DNA of 64,000 nt, taken from assembly GCA_964016885.1 (NCBI GenBank), contig OZ024742.1, positions 314,898,001 to 314,962,000 on the forward strand, given 5' to 3'. Within the stretch, counting starts at the first letter, position 1. Each line of letters begins with the position of its first letter. The notes below the pieces were generated by a model, which was not told the DNA's origin, did not search any database, and saw nothing but the letters and a program-made list of their open reading frames with translations. Of the stretch, positions 39,988-53,480 are shown in pieces. The stretch comes from Eledone cirrhosa. Lineage: Eukaryota. Position numbers and translations under genes: made by a program.

Positions 39988-40611
39988 ATGATGGCTGCCC
40001 CCTCGTTATCGAGTATTGCCATTGCACGATATACCATTATTAATAATTATTAATTAACTCTATCGTGCAATTCCTGTGCGTGAAGATTTTTTTTAAGTGA
40101 GGAAAGACTGTGCACTGAGCCAATCCCACTCTCTGATCGACAGTAGCTATAATCTGAAAAGAAGAAAATATCAACATCATCGGTAACTACTGAGCCCCAG
40201 GTTTTATATCGGAGTCATCCTAGTTTCTTGAGTGGCCTTCTCCTAGAAGAATGCCCTGAGAAAGGCTAGGGTTCCTTCACTCCCAGTGGTTTAACCGCGC
40301 GATCGGGTGTCCAGCCAGACTATTTCTATGTCCCTGCGCATATACATGCACATGCACCCACGTATATACACATATACATATACATACATATGTACATGTA
40401 TATATACATATTTACACACTTTTGGATGGTCGTTGACCTTTATGAGTTCTTCCGCTCTTTGTCAGGTTTTGTTTTTTGTCCTGCAGGGTGTCTCAAATCA
40501 CACTCTTCACCAATTAAACTTGGTGGGATTACCGGTGTAGTCGCCGACGACTCGACCATGCGACAGGTTGTACTGTGTTACATGTTACCAGTAGCACTCA
40601 AGAGTGACCCG
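39988..40611. repeat. Composite unit Q, copy 2, flanked by (TACA)n
   Basis: Collinear with 15742-16362. Confidence 0.8.
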
Positions 40612-40720
40612 ACATACATACATAATGCATACATACATACATACATACATACATACATACATACATACATACATACATACATACATACATACATACATAC
40701 ATACATACATACATACATAC

Positions 40721-42168
40721 ATCTCCTCTAGAAATCTAGAGATGGACGGCCTGACAATACAACCTCTACAGTCAGATGACAACTACAGATATCTTGGACA
40801 GGATGAGAATGTCAGGTATGATGGACCCATAAATAAGGAGAAAACCAAAACTGAATACCTCAGAAGAGTAAAGAAAATATGGTCATCAAAACTGGCAGCG
40901 TACAACAAATACATTGCCCACAATACTTATGCTGTGCCAATTCTAACGCCAACATTTAGCCTGCTGAACTGGTCATTGCAAGAACTAAGTGAGATGGATG
41001 TTAGAACTCGAAAACTTCTCAGTGTTACTTGTAACCTTAACATCAATGGTGATGTGGATAGGCTATACTTCTCATGCAAGGAAGGTGGCCGGGGTCTAAA
41101 ATCCATATTAACATCATATGAGACCCGGATAGTAACACTGAAGCAACATCTTCAACAGAGGGAAAAGGTTGGCAACCATTTTCCCCAGTTTATGAGCATG
41201 GAAAAAGAAATATCATTAGAATAGCCACTGATCTGGAGGAGAGATGTGGAATAAAGCCCGATATAAATCTCTCACCCATTAAATGTTGAAACAAGATGAA
41301 AAAATTGACCAGTTTACAGAAAAAGTTGTGCATGGATACTTGAGACATAAAACACAGACCATAGAGGGGATAAACCACTCAAAAAGCCTGGCATGGAGTT
41401 CCGACAAGTTTATGACATCGCACCTTGAGGGATATCTCTATGCAATACAGGAACAAGGACTCCCTACAAAATATCTGCTGCACAAAAGGGAAGGGCGATC
41501 AGCTGACAATAAATGTAGGCTATGTAAAACAAAGATCGAGGATGTAAGCCACATTGTTGCCAGCTGCGAAATAATTTCATCACGCTACTACCTCCCCATG
41601 AAACACGATGGGATAGCTAGAACCATCTGGAACGCACTTCGGAAAACAAAATTAACAACAAACGAGGAAGAATATATTGAGACAGATGGCACTAAGTAAT
41701 ACTGGTGGAACCTGAAAATAAAAACTGCCACCAAATTAAAGCACAACCGGCCTGATATTGTTGTTTGGGACCACACATTGAAAACGTGTTCTGTTGTGGA
41801 GATCAGCTGCCCACTTGTTGTAAACGTTGTCAGTAAAATACAGGAGAAGGAGGACATCTACGGACCATTGATGAGGAGTTTACAAATCCGGTATCCAAGA
41901 TACACCTTTAGCTTCATACCCATCATTATTGGAGCTACGGGTTATATACCAACCCGCTTGGACGAAAGTATGACTGAACTTGGATTTGCGGACAAAGCGC
42001 GCGGCTCCCTAATTCATAGTCTGCAAATGGTTGCGATAGCTGGCACCTTCAAAATTTGCAAAACATTCTTGCGATTCAAGGGATGACAATTTCTTTTCTT
42101 TTACAACCTTGCCACCAGGAAGGTGGCCGGTCAAAAAAAATATACTCGAAATTAAGAGAAAGAGATAA
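40721..42168 (+). mobile_element. 5'-truncated R4/Dong-clade element in (TACA)n
   Basis: YRYLG, DVDRLY..EGGRGL, AIQEQ, CCHC, KHD and PDIVV motifs; stops and frameshifts present. Confidence 0.9.
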
Positions 42169-43439
42169 CACATACATGCATACATGCATACATTCATACA
42201 TGCATACTTACATACATGCATACATGCATACATACATTCATATATGCCTATGTTATATTATTGTATGTGTACGTGATATTGAACAAATGTTGAACAGTAC
42301 AAATTGTGCTAGAAATGTGTAAAGTCTGTTTTCTATCTCTTTTTTGAAAGGGTTATTTCTCATACCTAAGTTATATCTCATAACAACCACAGGAAACATT
42401 TCAGAGCGAGTAAAAATCATGTTTATCAAGAAACAATTACATATATGATTGAGTGTGTCTCTGCGATAATTTCCATTATTATCAAATTATCTGTTCTATC
42501 TGGAAACGCCATTATAATTTCAAATAGGAATCTTAAGATAAATCAATTTCTCATTAAAATGTAAAATTCTGTCTTAATATTTAATTCTGAGATAAGAAAG
42601 ACACTTACTTGTTAATTAACTGCTACAATAACCATTTTTTTTTTCATTACCTTCAGAACGAGTATAGATATATCAAATTATTCCATTGGTTTGTAGCTCT
42701 AGGATAAGTTTGGAAATTATATAATTTAATCCCTGGAGGAAGTAAAATGCTAGTTTTCATATTTTTCATATACTTTTAAGAAATAACTAAAATAAAATCC
42801 ATCAAGCTGTATTGTTTCAAATTTACATCAATTGATTAGTGTCCATGTAGGCTAATATTTTGTCTATATAATAATTACAGTGAAAAATATGCATTCCTTG
42901 CTAACGTATATCTCAGATCTGTTGCCCAATATTTTATGAGTACTGATCCCCAAAAATTGTATTGATGTTTTTCCTCATAATAAGGCATTTCTTTACTGTG
43001 ACTAGATCCCTATTTAATAATCGCCATACTTGATTGCAATAAACCTGACCACATATTTTGGTACAAAATCCTAGTTTATCATGGAACTACATCATAGTTT
43101 ATTAGTAGCTACCAGTTTTGTCCATGACCTCTAGGCTTAAAGAAATATAGCAGACTTCTTTATATATTCACATATACTTTCATGCTTCGAAATTATGTAC
43201 TCCAGTAGCACCTTAGTTTTGTTGTTTTACAATTTAGACATAAGTTTATGAATATGTTTATGAAAACGTGGCATACGCTTTGTCCTGTTACTTTAGTTAC
43301 CTATTTAACTGCAATTTTGATGAAAAATAACAATTTTCATAATCTTTTATATATTAAATGTTATTCAAACAAATAATTATCGTTATATTAGTAAGTAAAG
43401 GCAGTAAACAAAGGTGTCCGCTTTAGTTACTAAAGAATA

Positions 43440-43714
43440 AATTCACAGGATTGAGGACAAGATGTCTTAGCAGAGATTTTTGCTGTCCACAGATATGGGA
43501 GCTTATAACAAATAAACCTTTTACAGATTCAATAGAGATAACTACGTACTATGCTTCATGTTCATTTGTTCAAGCTGTCATAGACTTCTTTGGCAAACAT
43601 AAGCCAAACAGCTGTGAATTATTAGAGGAAATGCACTCCAGTTTTAATAAAATCAGCTGTGACATGAACATTAATATCCATTATTTCCACAACCACTTTG
43701 ATGATTGTTTATGA
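43440..43714 (+). pseudogene. DNA transposase fragment, probably CMC-Chapaev3-like
   Basis: PQIWELI...SFVQAVIDFFGKHK...CDMNINIHYFHNHFD resembles the recalled motif GPQIRxL...FLGNHK...CNMSLKIHFLHSHLD. The superfamily assignment is from memory. Confidence 0.5.
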
Positions 43715-43748
43715 AAAATGTTTGCTTATTTAATCTCGGAGTGCAAAG

Positions 43749-43791
<43 letters not shown>

Positions 43792-43831
43792 TACAAATAT
43801 TAATAAAATAGATGTTCTTTTGATCAATTAA

Positions 43832-43884
43832 ATTTTATTATACATATTTCAGCGGTACAAGAGTACGTCCTCATCAGACAAAAT
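43832..43884 (-). ncRNA. Minimal hammerhead motif (inverted copy)
   Basis: attttgt CTGATGA ggacgtac tctt gtaccgct GAAA tatgta TA ataaaat. Confidence 0.65.
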
Positions 43885-44007
43885 ATAATTATACATGACA
43901 TACCCTGAGATGTTAAATGGTTAAGATTTAATCAAGGTAGTCATTTAACCACTACCTTGATTAAATCTTAACCATTTAACATCTCAGGGTATGTCATGTA
44001 TAATTAT

Positions 44008-44060
44008 ATTTTGTCTGATGAGGACGTACTGTTGTACCTCTGAAATATATATAATAAAAT
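44008..44060 (+). ncRNA. Minimal hammerhead motif with palindromic stem III
   Basis: attttgt CTGATGA ggacgtac tgtt gtacctct GAAA tatata TA ataaaat; stem II is imperfect. Confidence 0.7.
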
Positions 44061-44199
44061 TTTATTGATCAAAAGAACATCTATTTTATTAATATTTGTA
44101 TTTTAATATTAATAACTCTGGAAAATTATGTTTTGTAGAGTGCTTCCAATCTACTGTAAAACTCATTCTTTGATGTACTCATTGAATCTTGTTTAACTC

Positions 44200-44289
<90 letters not shown>

Positions 44290-44646
44290 ATTACTTATTG
44301 AATCATCAGCGGGGTAATGGGGTTGCTGTTCATGTAAATCATACTATCACACTATCAAACATCTTATATGTTGAATGAATGATATGCTATATACTATATG
44401 TTTACTTTTGAATTGCAATTACTCTCGACACTAATGCACAGCACATTCACCTTCTGCGCTGAAATACATGGATTTTGTAATGCCAGTGTTGTAATAACAT
44501 ATATTAATGTGAAAAGCATTAACATTGTTTTTATTTAATATCGAACTAACTTAATCATTGATTAATTAAAACTGCTGGGGAAAAGCGGGATCCTGCCTCT
44601 ACTTCCTCTTCTTCTTCTTCTTATTATTATTATTATTATTATTATT

Positions 44647-46172
44647 CTTTGAGTCTCAGTCATTGATGTTAGTTAACTGGAAAGTTTGTTGAAATGAATA
44701 TCAAGCCACTACCTGCAGCCTCAGATATTCAGGACGTATCGGAGGGTTCTTGCTGTTCCCAGCAAGCATGCCTTTTGAAGCGTTCCAAATAGCGTGAAGG
44801 GGCCAATTTTCTTTAACCATCCCTGGAAACTTTTTGAGATAGTACCTAGTGCGCCTATGACAATCGGGACCACTTTGACTTCATGGCAGTTCCAAATCCT
44901 TTTTACCTCCCATTTTAAGTCCTGGTGTCGGTTAATTTTCTCCTTCTCCTTCTCTTGCACTCTCGTGTCGAATGGGCAGGCCACATCCACAATCAGGCAC
45001 GATCTTTTTTCTTTGTCCACAACCACCAGGTCAGGTCTATTGTGTTCCAGTTTATTGTCCGTCTGTATCCTAAAATCCCACAGCACCTTCACCTGATCGT
45101 TTTCTATCACCGACTCTGGCTTATACTCATACCACTTCTCAGAATGTGGTAAATTGTTTACTTTGCATAGGTGCCAGTGGAGGTTGTTTTTCTCCATCTG
45201 AACACAGTCCTCTATGCTGATAAGACCTCTTCCACCTTCAGATCTCCTTAAGTAGAGTCTATCGACATCACTCCTCTTGTGGAACATGTTGTAGATAGTC
45301 AATAGCTTCCTAGTCTTCCTATCCATTTCTTTTTGTTCAGCAACATTCCATCTCAGAATTGCCGCACTGTACCTAATACTAGACACAGCTCGGGAATTTA
45401 TTGCACTTATGGCATTCCTACTGTTCAGATGTGACTTTAATACGCTCCTTACTCTCCGAATGTATTCAGTTCTTATCAATTCCTTCATTTTTTTTGTTCT
45501 TGATGTCATCGGCCTCCAGAACACCCAAATACTTGTATCCTTCTTCAGTGTCAATTTCCTTTATCATCTCACCTGTCGGTACCTGGATTCCGTTACTTCT
45601 GCTCAATCTACCCCTCTTCATCACAAGGACTCCACACTTACTAATACCAAATTGCATACATATATCATTGCTGAAAATACGGACAGTGTCAACAAGCACA
45701 TCCAACTCCTTCTCACTCTTCCCGAAGAGCTTAAGATCGTCCATGAAGAGGAGGTGATTGATGGTAAGCCCTCCCTTTCCCAACCTGTATCCTGCTCTCA
45801 CTTTTCGCAGTATACTGGTCAGGGGCATCAGAGCAAGGACAAACAACAGAGGGGACAGACTATCTCCCTGGAAGATACCTCTCTTGATCTTCACGCTTCC
45901 CAAGGATTCTCCAGCTGATGTTAACTCTGTTTCCCAGGACTTCATACTTTTGCCCAACAACTGTCTGATGTTATCTGCCACCTTGAAGATCTCTAGGCTT
46001 TTGTTGATCCAAGAATGAGGCACCATGTCAAATGCCTTTTTGTAGTCTATCCATCCCATGGCAAGACCAGTGTGTCTCCTCTTGCAATTCCTTATTACCA
46101 TCTTATCAATAAGTAACTGGTCCTTTGTACCACGGGACTTCTTTCGGCATCCTTTCTGTTCGTCCGGTAACA
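44647..46172 (-). mobile_element. 5'-truncated R4/Dong-clade element (family 2) in (TAA)n, with an internal deletion
   Basis: [74 protein letters not shown]. The zinc-knuckle region is missing near 45180. Confidence 0.9.
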
Positions 46173-46188
46173 ATTATTATTATTATTA

Positions 46189-46370
46189 TGTGGATTGGCA
46201 GTATCGGTAGAGGGTCGGACGCCATGCTTTCCAGCATAGTTACATCCCTTTACGATCTGAGTTCAAATCCCGCCGAGGTTGACTTTGCCTTTCATCCTTA
46301 CGGAGTCGATAAAATAAAGTACCAGTAATGCACTGGTTAATTGTTGGCCTTGTGCCTAAAGTAGAAACAA
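46189..46370 (+). mobile_element. SINE family 1
   Basis: Consensus match between (TAT)n tracts. Confidence 0.85.
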
Positions 46371-46388
46371 TTATTATTATTATTATTA

Positions 46389-48000
46389 CAGTTGCATTTA
46401 TCTTGCTCTATGTTCATACGAGTTATCACCAAGTCACAACCAGTGACCTCAAGAGACAACAAGGTCCGCCATGTTCAAGAAAGAACATACATACTCACAC
46501 ATGCATCTTTAGTGTTTAGACTTGTGATGTACTTATATTGACAGAATCTTCCTTAGTATATGGGCAGTTCCCATTAGTACTATCTTTTGTATTTCTCCTA
46601 TATACGGGTTTCCTGGGATTTGCGATAAGTAATCATTAGACCCCTTAGGTATCATTCCCAGAGCGCCTACAACCACTGGTATTGTTTTAGTTCTCAATTT
46701 CCACATTTTTCCAATTTCTATCTCCAGGTCCTTATACTTGCTCAATTTTTCAAATGTTTTTATAGATACATTCTTGTCTATTGGAACAGACATATCAATT
46801 AGCAGGCATACCCTCTTTTTGAAGTCCTTCAATATTATATCAGGTCTATTTGCATCTATTTTTCGGTCTGTTTGGATGCTAAAGTTCCACAAGATTGAGA
46901 TGTGATCTTTTTCAAGTATGGGAGGTGGTTGATGCTCCCACCAATTCTTTTGATGGGCAGGTCAAAATGCTTACACATTATCCAATGTATGTATTGTGCA
47001 GCTCTGCCATGCCTGTTTAGGTATTCGGTTGGAGCTATAGGACTGCACATTGAAATTATATGGTCAATGGTCTCTGGTTGTTTTTTGCATACACGGCATA
47101 ATGGATGGCATCCATTTTTTATTATGTTGGCTTGGTAATTTTTTGTTGACAGACACTGATCTTGTGCTGATATAATCAGTCCTTCAGTCTCCGATTTCAG
47201 TCCAGAGGATGCCAACCACTGATGGGTTAAAGTTTTGTCAACATCAGGATTGTTAGCTCGCTCTGGGTATTTTCCATACAGAGGCTTTTCTTGCCATTTC
47301 TTAGCCAGTTTCTGTAGCAGTTCTTTCTTTGCAGTTACTTTTACCTGCTTTGCTTTTTCTGTGTTTTCCATTTCAGCAGTAAATGGGACTACTGTATCTT
47401 TGTGTATCTTTTGTAATGGAATATGATCTTTTGATGCTTTCGTGTTTCAAAACGAGTTTGATCATCCAATCATGTGATTCCCTTAGATATGTAGATAATC
47501 CAATTGTTGCAGTTTTCAACGCAATGTCTAACTGGATTAACCCACGTCCTCCTTCTTTCCTAGGGAGATATATTCTATCTATATCTGCCTTAGGGTGATG
47601 CATTCTGTGCATGGTTAAGAGTTTTTGAATTTTTGTATCGAGCCTACGGATCTCTGTGCTTGACCAGTTGATGACATTGTAACTGTAGGTTACTACTGGT
47701 ATGGCAAGCGTGTTTATGGCATCGATCCTATTCCTTGCATTCAATTCCGTTCTTAAGATTGCTCTTACTCTGCGGTAACATTCCTTCCTTATCCTTTCCC
47801 TCATTGTCGAGTGCTTGATTCCGTCTCCTTCACAAACACCTAGATATTTGTAAGTTTTTTCTTGATCAAGTTCTCTTATCACGTTCCCCCGATCAAGATT
47901 AATGTCTGAACTCTTCAGCAGCTTTCCTCTGGTGAACGTTGCTTTGGCGCATTTGTCTAGTCCAAACTCCATTTTAATGTCATCACTGAACTGCCCCACA
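46389..48000 (-). mobile_element. 5'-truncated R4/Dong-clade element (family 3) in (TAA)n
   Basis: FGLDKCA, YKYLG, DIDRIYLPRKEGGRGL, SAQDQ, CRVC..ETIDHIISMC, ANRPDII..LIDMSVP, KLSKYKDL. Confidence 0.9.
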
Positions 48001-48005
48001 TATTA

Positions 48006-51000
48006 TTTCTTCCGGCGTCTGGAGACCTTTCTTGGAACGTCCCGCTCTTTAGTGTTAGTGGGCGACTGGAACGGGATCTTAGATGCACGCTGGGATTGTG
48101 TGGGATTAGTGGATAGGGAAGGAGGGTGCAAGAGTCTCACCAACCTGCTCAGACGTTTTGAACTGTCTGACAGGTACCGAATGGATTTCCCGAATGTACC
48201 AATGTGGACTTGGACAAATCGCATAGGGTCATCAAGATCATATCTAGATAGAATATTTTGTAGGGAAATAGATAGGTCTAGCATAGGCTGTCCACAATTC
48301 AAGATAGTCAGCTACACGGACCACAAATTCGTGATCTGTGTGCTTGACTTAGATAGGCTTCATAGACGAGGACCCGGCTACTGGAAGCTAAACGCGTCCT
48401 TACCAGCGCGCAAGGCCTACAGAGACCCGATTAGCGAACTAGTTAAGCGGGCGCTGACGGGGGCCATCGTCAACAACAAGTGGTGGTTTGCTCTGAAAAG
48501 AGCAATTACAATAGAGTCCATTAGGTTTAGTAAGACTTTAGCAATAGAGAAAAATAGAGCAGAGGGAGAACTAGTTAGAAAATTAGATGAGGCGCTTACC
48601 AAAGGCATCGCGACCGACGTGCTTGCGGCGAAATTGGCCCTTGACCAATTCTTCAATGCAAAGCACGAAGGCTGCGTTGTCAGAGCTAGGGTGCGTGCTC
48701 TCAGACACGAGGGGACGAAAGCCGTTCAATGGGCCCGAGTGGCGGAGGCGCGTCGTGGCAACAAAGCCACGATCCGGTCTTTGGTGGACCACGACGGGCG
48801 CATGCTACTCGATCCCGGGCAAATGTGTGAAGCTTTTCAGCGACACTTCGCTCAACTGTTCGGGGGCAGCGGCGGGCCGGATCGAGGGATGGACTTTAGT
48901 GTCTACCTCGACGGACTGCCGCGGCTTTCGGCCACTGAGGCGGAGTGTTGCGAAAAGCCGATAACAACCGCTGAAGTACGGGATGCAATGACTAGTTGCA
49001 CAAGGGGTAAATCGCCTGGTTTGGATGGTCTGCCCTATGAACTTTACGTACAAATGCCAAACTTGTTCGGAGGTCTCTTGGCGGACGTCTACTGCAACTG
49101 GCAACAGAACGGGAGAATTCCCAGCTCTGTGAGCCGAGGAGCGGTGGCGCTGCTGAGAAAGGATCCGAACAAGGGGGATAACATAGATAATTTTAGGCCC
49201 ATAACTCTGCTAAACACAGAGTTCAAGATTTTGGCCAAGGTGCTAGCAAATAGGTTGGCGCTTGTCGTTGGTGGTCTGGTGGGAGAGGCACAGACATGCG
49301 CCATTCCCGACAGATCCATCCACGACAACCTCCACCTCATGCGATACATCGTAGAGAGGGTAGCTAGGGAGCCTGGTAAGGTGGGTCTTTGATCAATTTA
49401 GATCAATCGAAAGCCTTCGATAGGGTCGACCATCGTTACCTAGCGGCAGTCCTGAGGGCGGCTGGCTTTGGGCCCGTCTTCAGAGGCTGGATCACTGCCA
49501 TGCACAGCGACATCTGCTCTGTAGTGAGAGTGAACGGTCACCTTTCGGAACCGTTCAACATCATGTGCTCGGTCCGCCAAGGATGTCCCCTCTCGTCCCT
49601 ATTGTACGTATTGACTCTCGAGCCATTACTGCACAAACTGGAGACGTTGAGGGGGGTCCCGCGCGAACTAGGATGCGGAAGATCCGTGTCAGCATATGCC
49701 GACGATGTCACCGTAGTGGTGTCGAACGCCAAACACATCGAGGCGATCGGCACTACACTAAGAGAATACGAAGCGGTGACAGGAGCAATGATCAACCAGG
49801 AAAAGTCAGTGGGCCTGCAGCTCGGCACCTGGAGAGGCAGGACCTTGCCGTCCAACAGCGTCGTCGGGCGCTGGACGGACGGACCGGTTAAATTGCTAGG
49901 GGTCTGGTTCGGTCCAGACCTCCAAACGGACAAAAACTGGGACGAGGTGACGAGCAGGGTGGCTTCTCTCACCCAGAAATGGGCCGAGAGGAAGCTATCC
50001 CTGAAAGGTCGAGCGGAGGTGGCTAACGCGTACATCGCGTCCGTCATCTACTACCGCCTGACCGTCGTACCTTGTCCTAAGCCCCGCCTGACTGCGCTGG
50101 AGCGTTTGCTCTTTCGCTTCTTGTGGAAGGGACGCGCTCCGATGGTTAGTCGGTCCATCTGCTGTCAACACCCGCTACGTGGAGGGCTGGGCATGCCGTG
50201 GCTGATGATGCGCAGATACGCGCTCAGGCTACGACATATCTACCTCTTCCTCGACGGTGATCAGGTGTGGTCGCCGTTTGCTAGACACGTTTTTCCCCAG
50301 CTCGTCTCCTTGACGGAGCTGCAGTCCTGGGTCAAGCGAAGACCGAGAAGGAGCGCTTGGAGACTGGAATGTCTTCAGGCGCTCACAGCCCTCGACCAAT
50401 CGGGCAATGTGATCGGTGGAAACTCCACCTTGGCGTTCTATAGGGGATTAGTGGAGGGGAAGAGCGACGACGTACTTGGAGAAACTCTAGGCGTCGACGA
50501 AAATCAACTAGCCAATCTCTTCGGAAGGACTTTCGGGCCCGGGCCTATGGACAACTTCCAGAAATCCCTGGCCTGGCAGTGCTACCGAGGAGCTTTGCCA
50601 GTTCGGGATAAACTCTACAGGCATGGAGGTGCCGTCAGCCGGGCATGTCCGAGATGCGCGCAGGGCGACGAAACCGTCCTGCACGCACTCGTCCAGTGTC
50701 CGAGCATTGCTGACTTGTGGGTTTATGTCGAACACCTGCTGTCACGTGTAGGACGGATCCAGCTATCAGCTGAGTCCATCGTGAGGATTGCCCCGCCCCC
50801 TTCCTTTAGCCGGGAAGGGCAGGCAGTTTTTATCTGTCTGGTGGCCATGGCGAAAGAGATAGTATGGTGGACACGTTTGAAAGGGCTGAAGACGAGCACT
50901 TACCTCTTCGGTGATGCCCTGATTAACTTTTTCAAATTTCATTTGAAAAGGAAAATCAGGGTAGAGAGGGAAGTGCTCTCTTCCCAGCATTTTGTTGAAA

Positions 51001-51304
51001 GATGGGTGAGAGAAGCAAGTATGGCCCGAATGAATGGGCCTACTCTGAGTATGTGTCTGTAAATTAAAGGTGGAAAACTGGGAGAGGGCACTTGCCCTGG
51101 TGGTCAGGGCCACTGTGGTCTTTTAATGGGCTTTCTCCACAAATGTCCCTCGGAAGTCTCCCCCCTATTGGGGAATTTTTCTTTGTTATTTTATTTCAAC
51201 CTCTGTTTTTTTACACGCAGAAATGCCCATTTGTACCGTCCTGTATTGTCCTGTACTGTCCTTAATGTCTACTTTATGTAAACCCTTGTGGTTAATAAAG
51301 AAAA

Positions 51305-51305
<1 letters not shown>
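48006..51305 (+). mobile_element. 5'-truncated L1/Tx1-clade LINE; ORF2 nearly intact with one frameshift at ~49385
   Basis: LVGDWNG, SYLDRI, TDHK, FRPITLLN, LDQSKAFD, VRQGCPLS, AYADD, CPRC..ETVLHALVQC. Stop at 51062; the end gtggttaataaagaaa is followed by (ATT)n. Confidence 0.92.
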
Positions 51306-51346
<41 letters not shown>

Positions 51347-51359
51347 TATTATCATTATA

Positions 51360-51548
51360 GGGCGTTGGTTTGGCAGTATCGGTAGAGCGTCAGATACTAT
51401 GCTTTGCAGCATAGAGTTATAGCCATTTACGTTCTGAGTTCAAATCCCGCTGAGGGTAACTTTGCATTTTATCCTTACGGGGTCGATAAAATAAAGCCCC
51501 AGTAATGCACTGAGGTAAATGCTGGCCTTGTGCCAAAAGTAGAAACAT
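51360..51548 (+). mobile_element. SINE family 1
   Basis: Consensus match. Confidence 0.85.
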
Positions 51549-51599
51549 TATTTTTATTGTTGTTGTTGTTTTTTCGTTCAGCTTCTAACGGTGGAGATG

Positions 51600-51790
51600 T
51601 ATTACAGCATTAGCTGTTCACTACCAGTAAACTGAGGTAACACTCCTTATTTTTCGAGTACCCTCCGTTGTATTCGAGCTATTCCAAGCAATGCTCTTTT
51701 TGTAAATGTTCCATCCGTATTGTAATCCCTATTTGTTTGAAATACTTCTCAAGATCTTTACTCACTGTTCTCAAGACTCCGACTATCACT
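51600..51790 (-). mobile_element. R4/Dong-like 3' end fragment
   Basis: Minus strand translates to VSKDLEKYFKQIGITIRMEHLQK/ALLGIARIQRRVLE, similar to LQKACLLGTARTLRYVL at 44721. Confidence 0.65.
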
Positions 51791-53149
51791 GTGTAAACAC
51801 ACGGGTATATGGAACATGTCCACCTTGGTTGGCATTCTCTGTTTACCAGAAGAATCATTCTAATTTCAATACTGTAGTCGGGACTCCTTAGTCACTTTGG
51901 TGACAACACCTAAAGCGGCCCATGACTTCATCCCTCTGGTGAATAGGAATGAACTGCGGCTCGACAGCCAGCCTCCAAATGATGGTTCAATGAGGATTCG
52001 AGGCCCACGCACGTCAAGGTTTTCCTGATGGAAGTTATGGACCTACACCATCATAAAGATTAGCATTGGTGCTATTTATTGTCCTTGGACTCCAACACTC
52101 AGCAATGAGCATGACAAGAGATCAGATCAATAAAATGGTTACTATTAATATATTATTGTTTTTACGTCTAAAACGTCATTAATTTTAATAATAACTAATT
52201 CATCCTCATTGTTGTGCTTCGTTTGTTTTCTTGGGTTCACTCACCAAGCCCAGTGTATATTCAATCGTAGCGACTCAGCACTTATTTGTGATACACAGAA
52301 AGAATATATCCGGAACCACCTTATTACGAAGCTATCGTTATAGCCATAAAACACTTTACACGAATTTACTCTCACCAATATCTGCTTTAGATTCGATATC
52401 GATGGATTGATAAATTACTATTTTCTTTCAATTCCTTTTAGAGTATAAACCTCCAAACTCATTTATCATACAAACTCATATAAATAGAATCGTCGAAATG
52501 ATTGGTTCTTTGTAGAATAAACATCAATAATTTGTCTAACAATAATAAGATCTACAACCATAATAAGCATTTACTTTTGTTATTTCGCATCTTATTTGGA
52601 TGTCACTTTTCTAAGTACTGCCTATTGTTAACATATTGCGACTGTTATTAGTTTTTATCGTTATTATTGTGAATAACAGACAGAAATACAACCTTACTGA
52701 CGATGGTGAAGCAATTTACTGCTGACTATAACAGAAAAATATATTAAAAACATTGTAAACGTTTATGATTACGAAAGAAGTGTACAAAAAATGATGTAAT
52801 TGTTGTTGATTGTTGTGTAGTTATTGTTGTTTCTGTGGTTGTTCTTGTTGCTGTTGTTGCTGGTGTTGCTATGGTGTTGTTGGTGGTGGGAAAGATTGTA
52901 ATTATTATAATGGCGATGAAAACAAGGAAAGGAAAGGAAACACTGGGAAGATGGTGAGGGGCTGAGGAGAAGAAAAATGATAACATATGGAATTTCAATG
53001 AAGTATTATTACATTAATACAGTTGATTTAGTATGCAACAATTATTGTTTGCTTCATTGACTTATTTATATATACGGTGCCTTTACTTCTAGAGTAGGAC
53101 TTTAAGATAAATAAATCATCAGTAAATACTCAAAAATCAAAGTATGGCG

Positions 53150-53480
53150 CTGGTGATGGTAGTGGTGGTGGTGGTGGTGGTGATGCTGTTGTGTTGGTGG
53201 TGTTGGTGCTGGTGGCGCCGGCGGCGGTTGTGATGGTGGTGCGAGTGTTGGTGGTGGTGGTGGTGATAGTGTTGTTGTTGTGGTGGTGGTGTTGGTGGTG
53301 GTGGTGGTGGTGGTGGTGGTGGTGGTGGTGGTGGTGTTGTTGATGTTATTGTTGTTGTTGGTGGTGGTGGTGGTGGTTGTTGTGGCGGTGGCGGCGGTGG
53401 CAGCGGCGGCCGCGGCCACGGTGGTAGTGGTGGTAGTGGTGTTGTTGGTGGTGGTGGAGGTTGTGGTGGGGGTGGTGATA
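53150..53480. repeat. (GGT)n/(GTT)n low-complexity tract
   Basis: Degenerate trinucleotide repeats; they account for the poly-Pro/Val/Thr ORFs. Confidence 0.9.

Larger units (their letters stand above)
43783..44205. mobile_element. Large fold-back insert in (TA)n (family G): ~159-nt arms 43783-43941 and 43951-44109, 9-nt loop, ~95-nt tail
   Basis: The arms are reverse complements with four mismatches seen. (TA)n lies on both sides and each arm holds a hammerhead motif. Confidence 0.8.

Noticed and set aside
47902-49392. 496-aa ORF as a complete gene
   Set aside because: It is chimeric: the first ~33 codons are the antisense strand of the adjacent R4/Dong copy, reading by chance into a 5'-truncated Tx1 ORF2.
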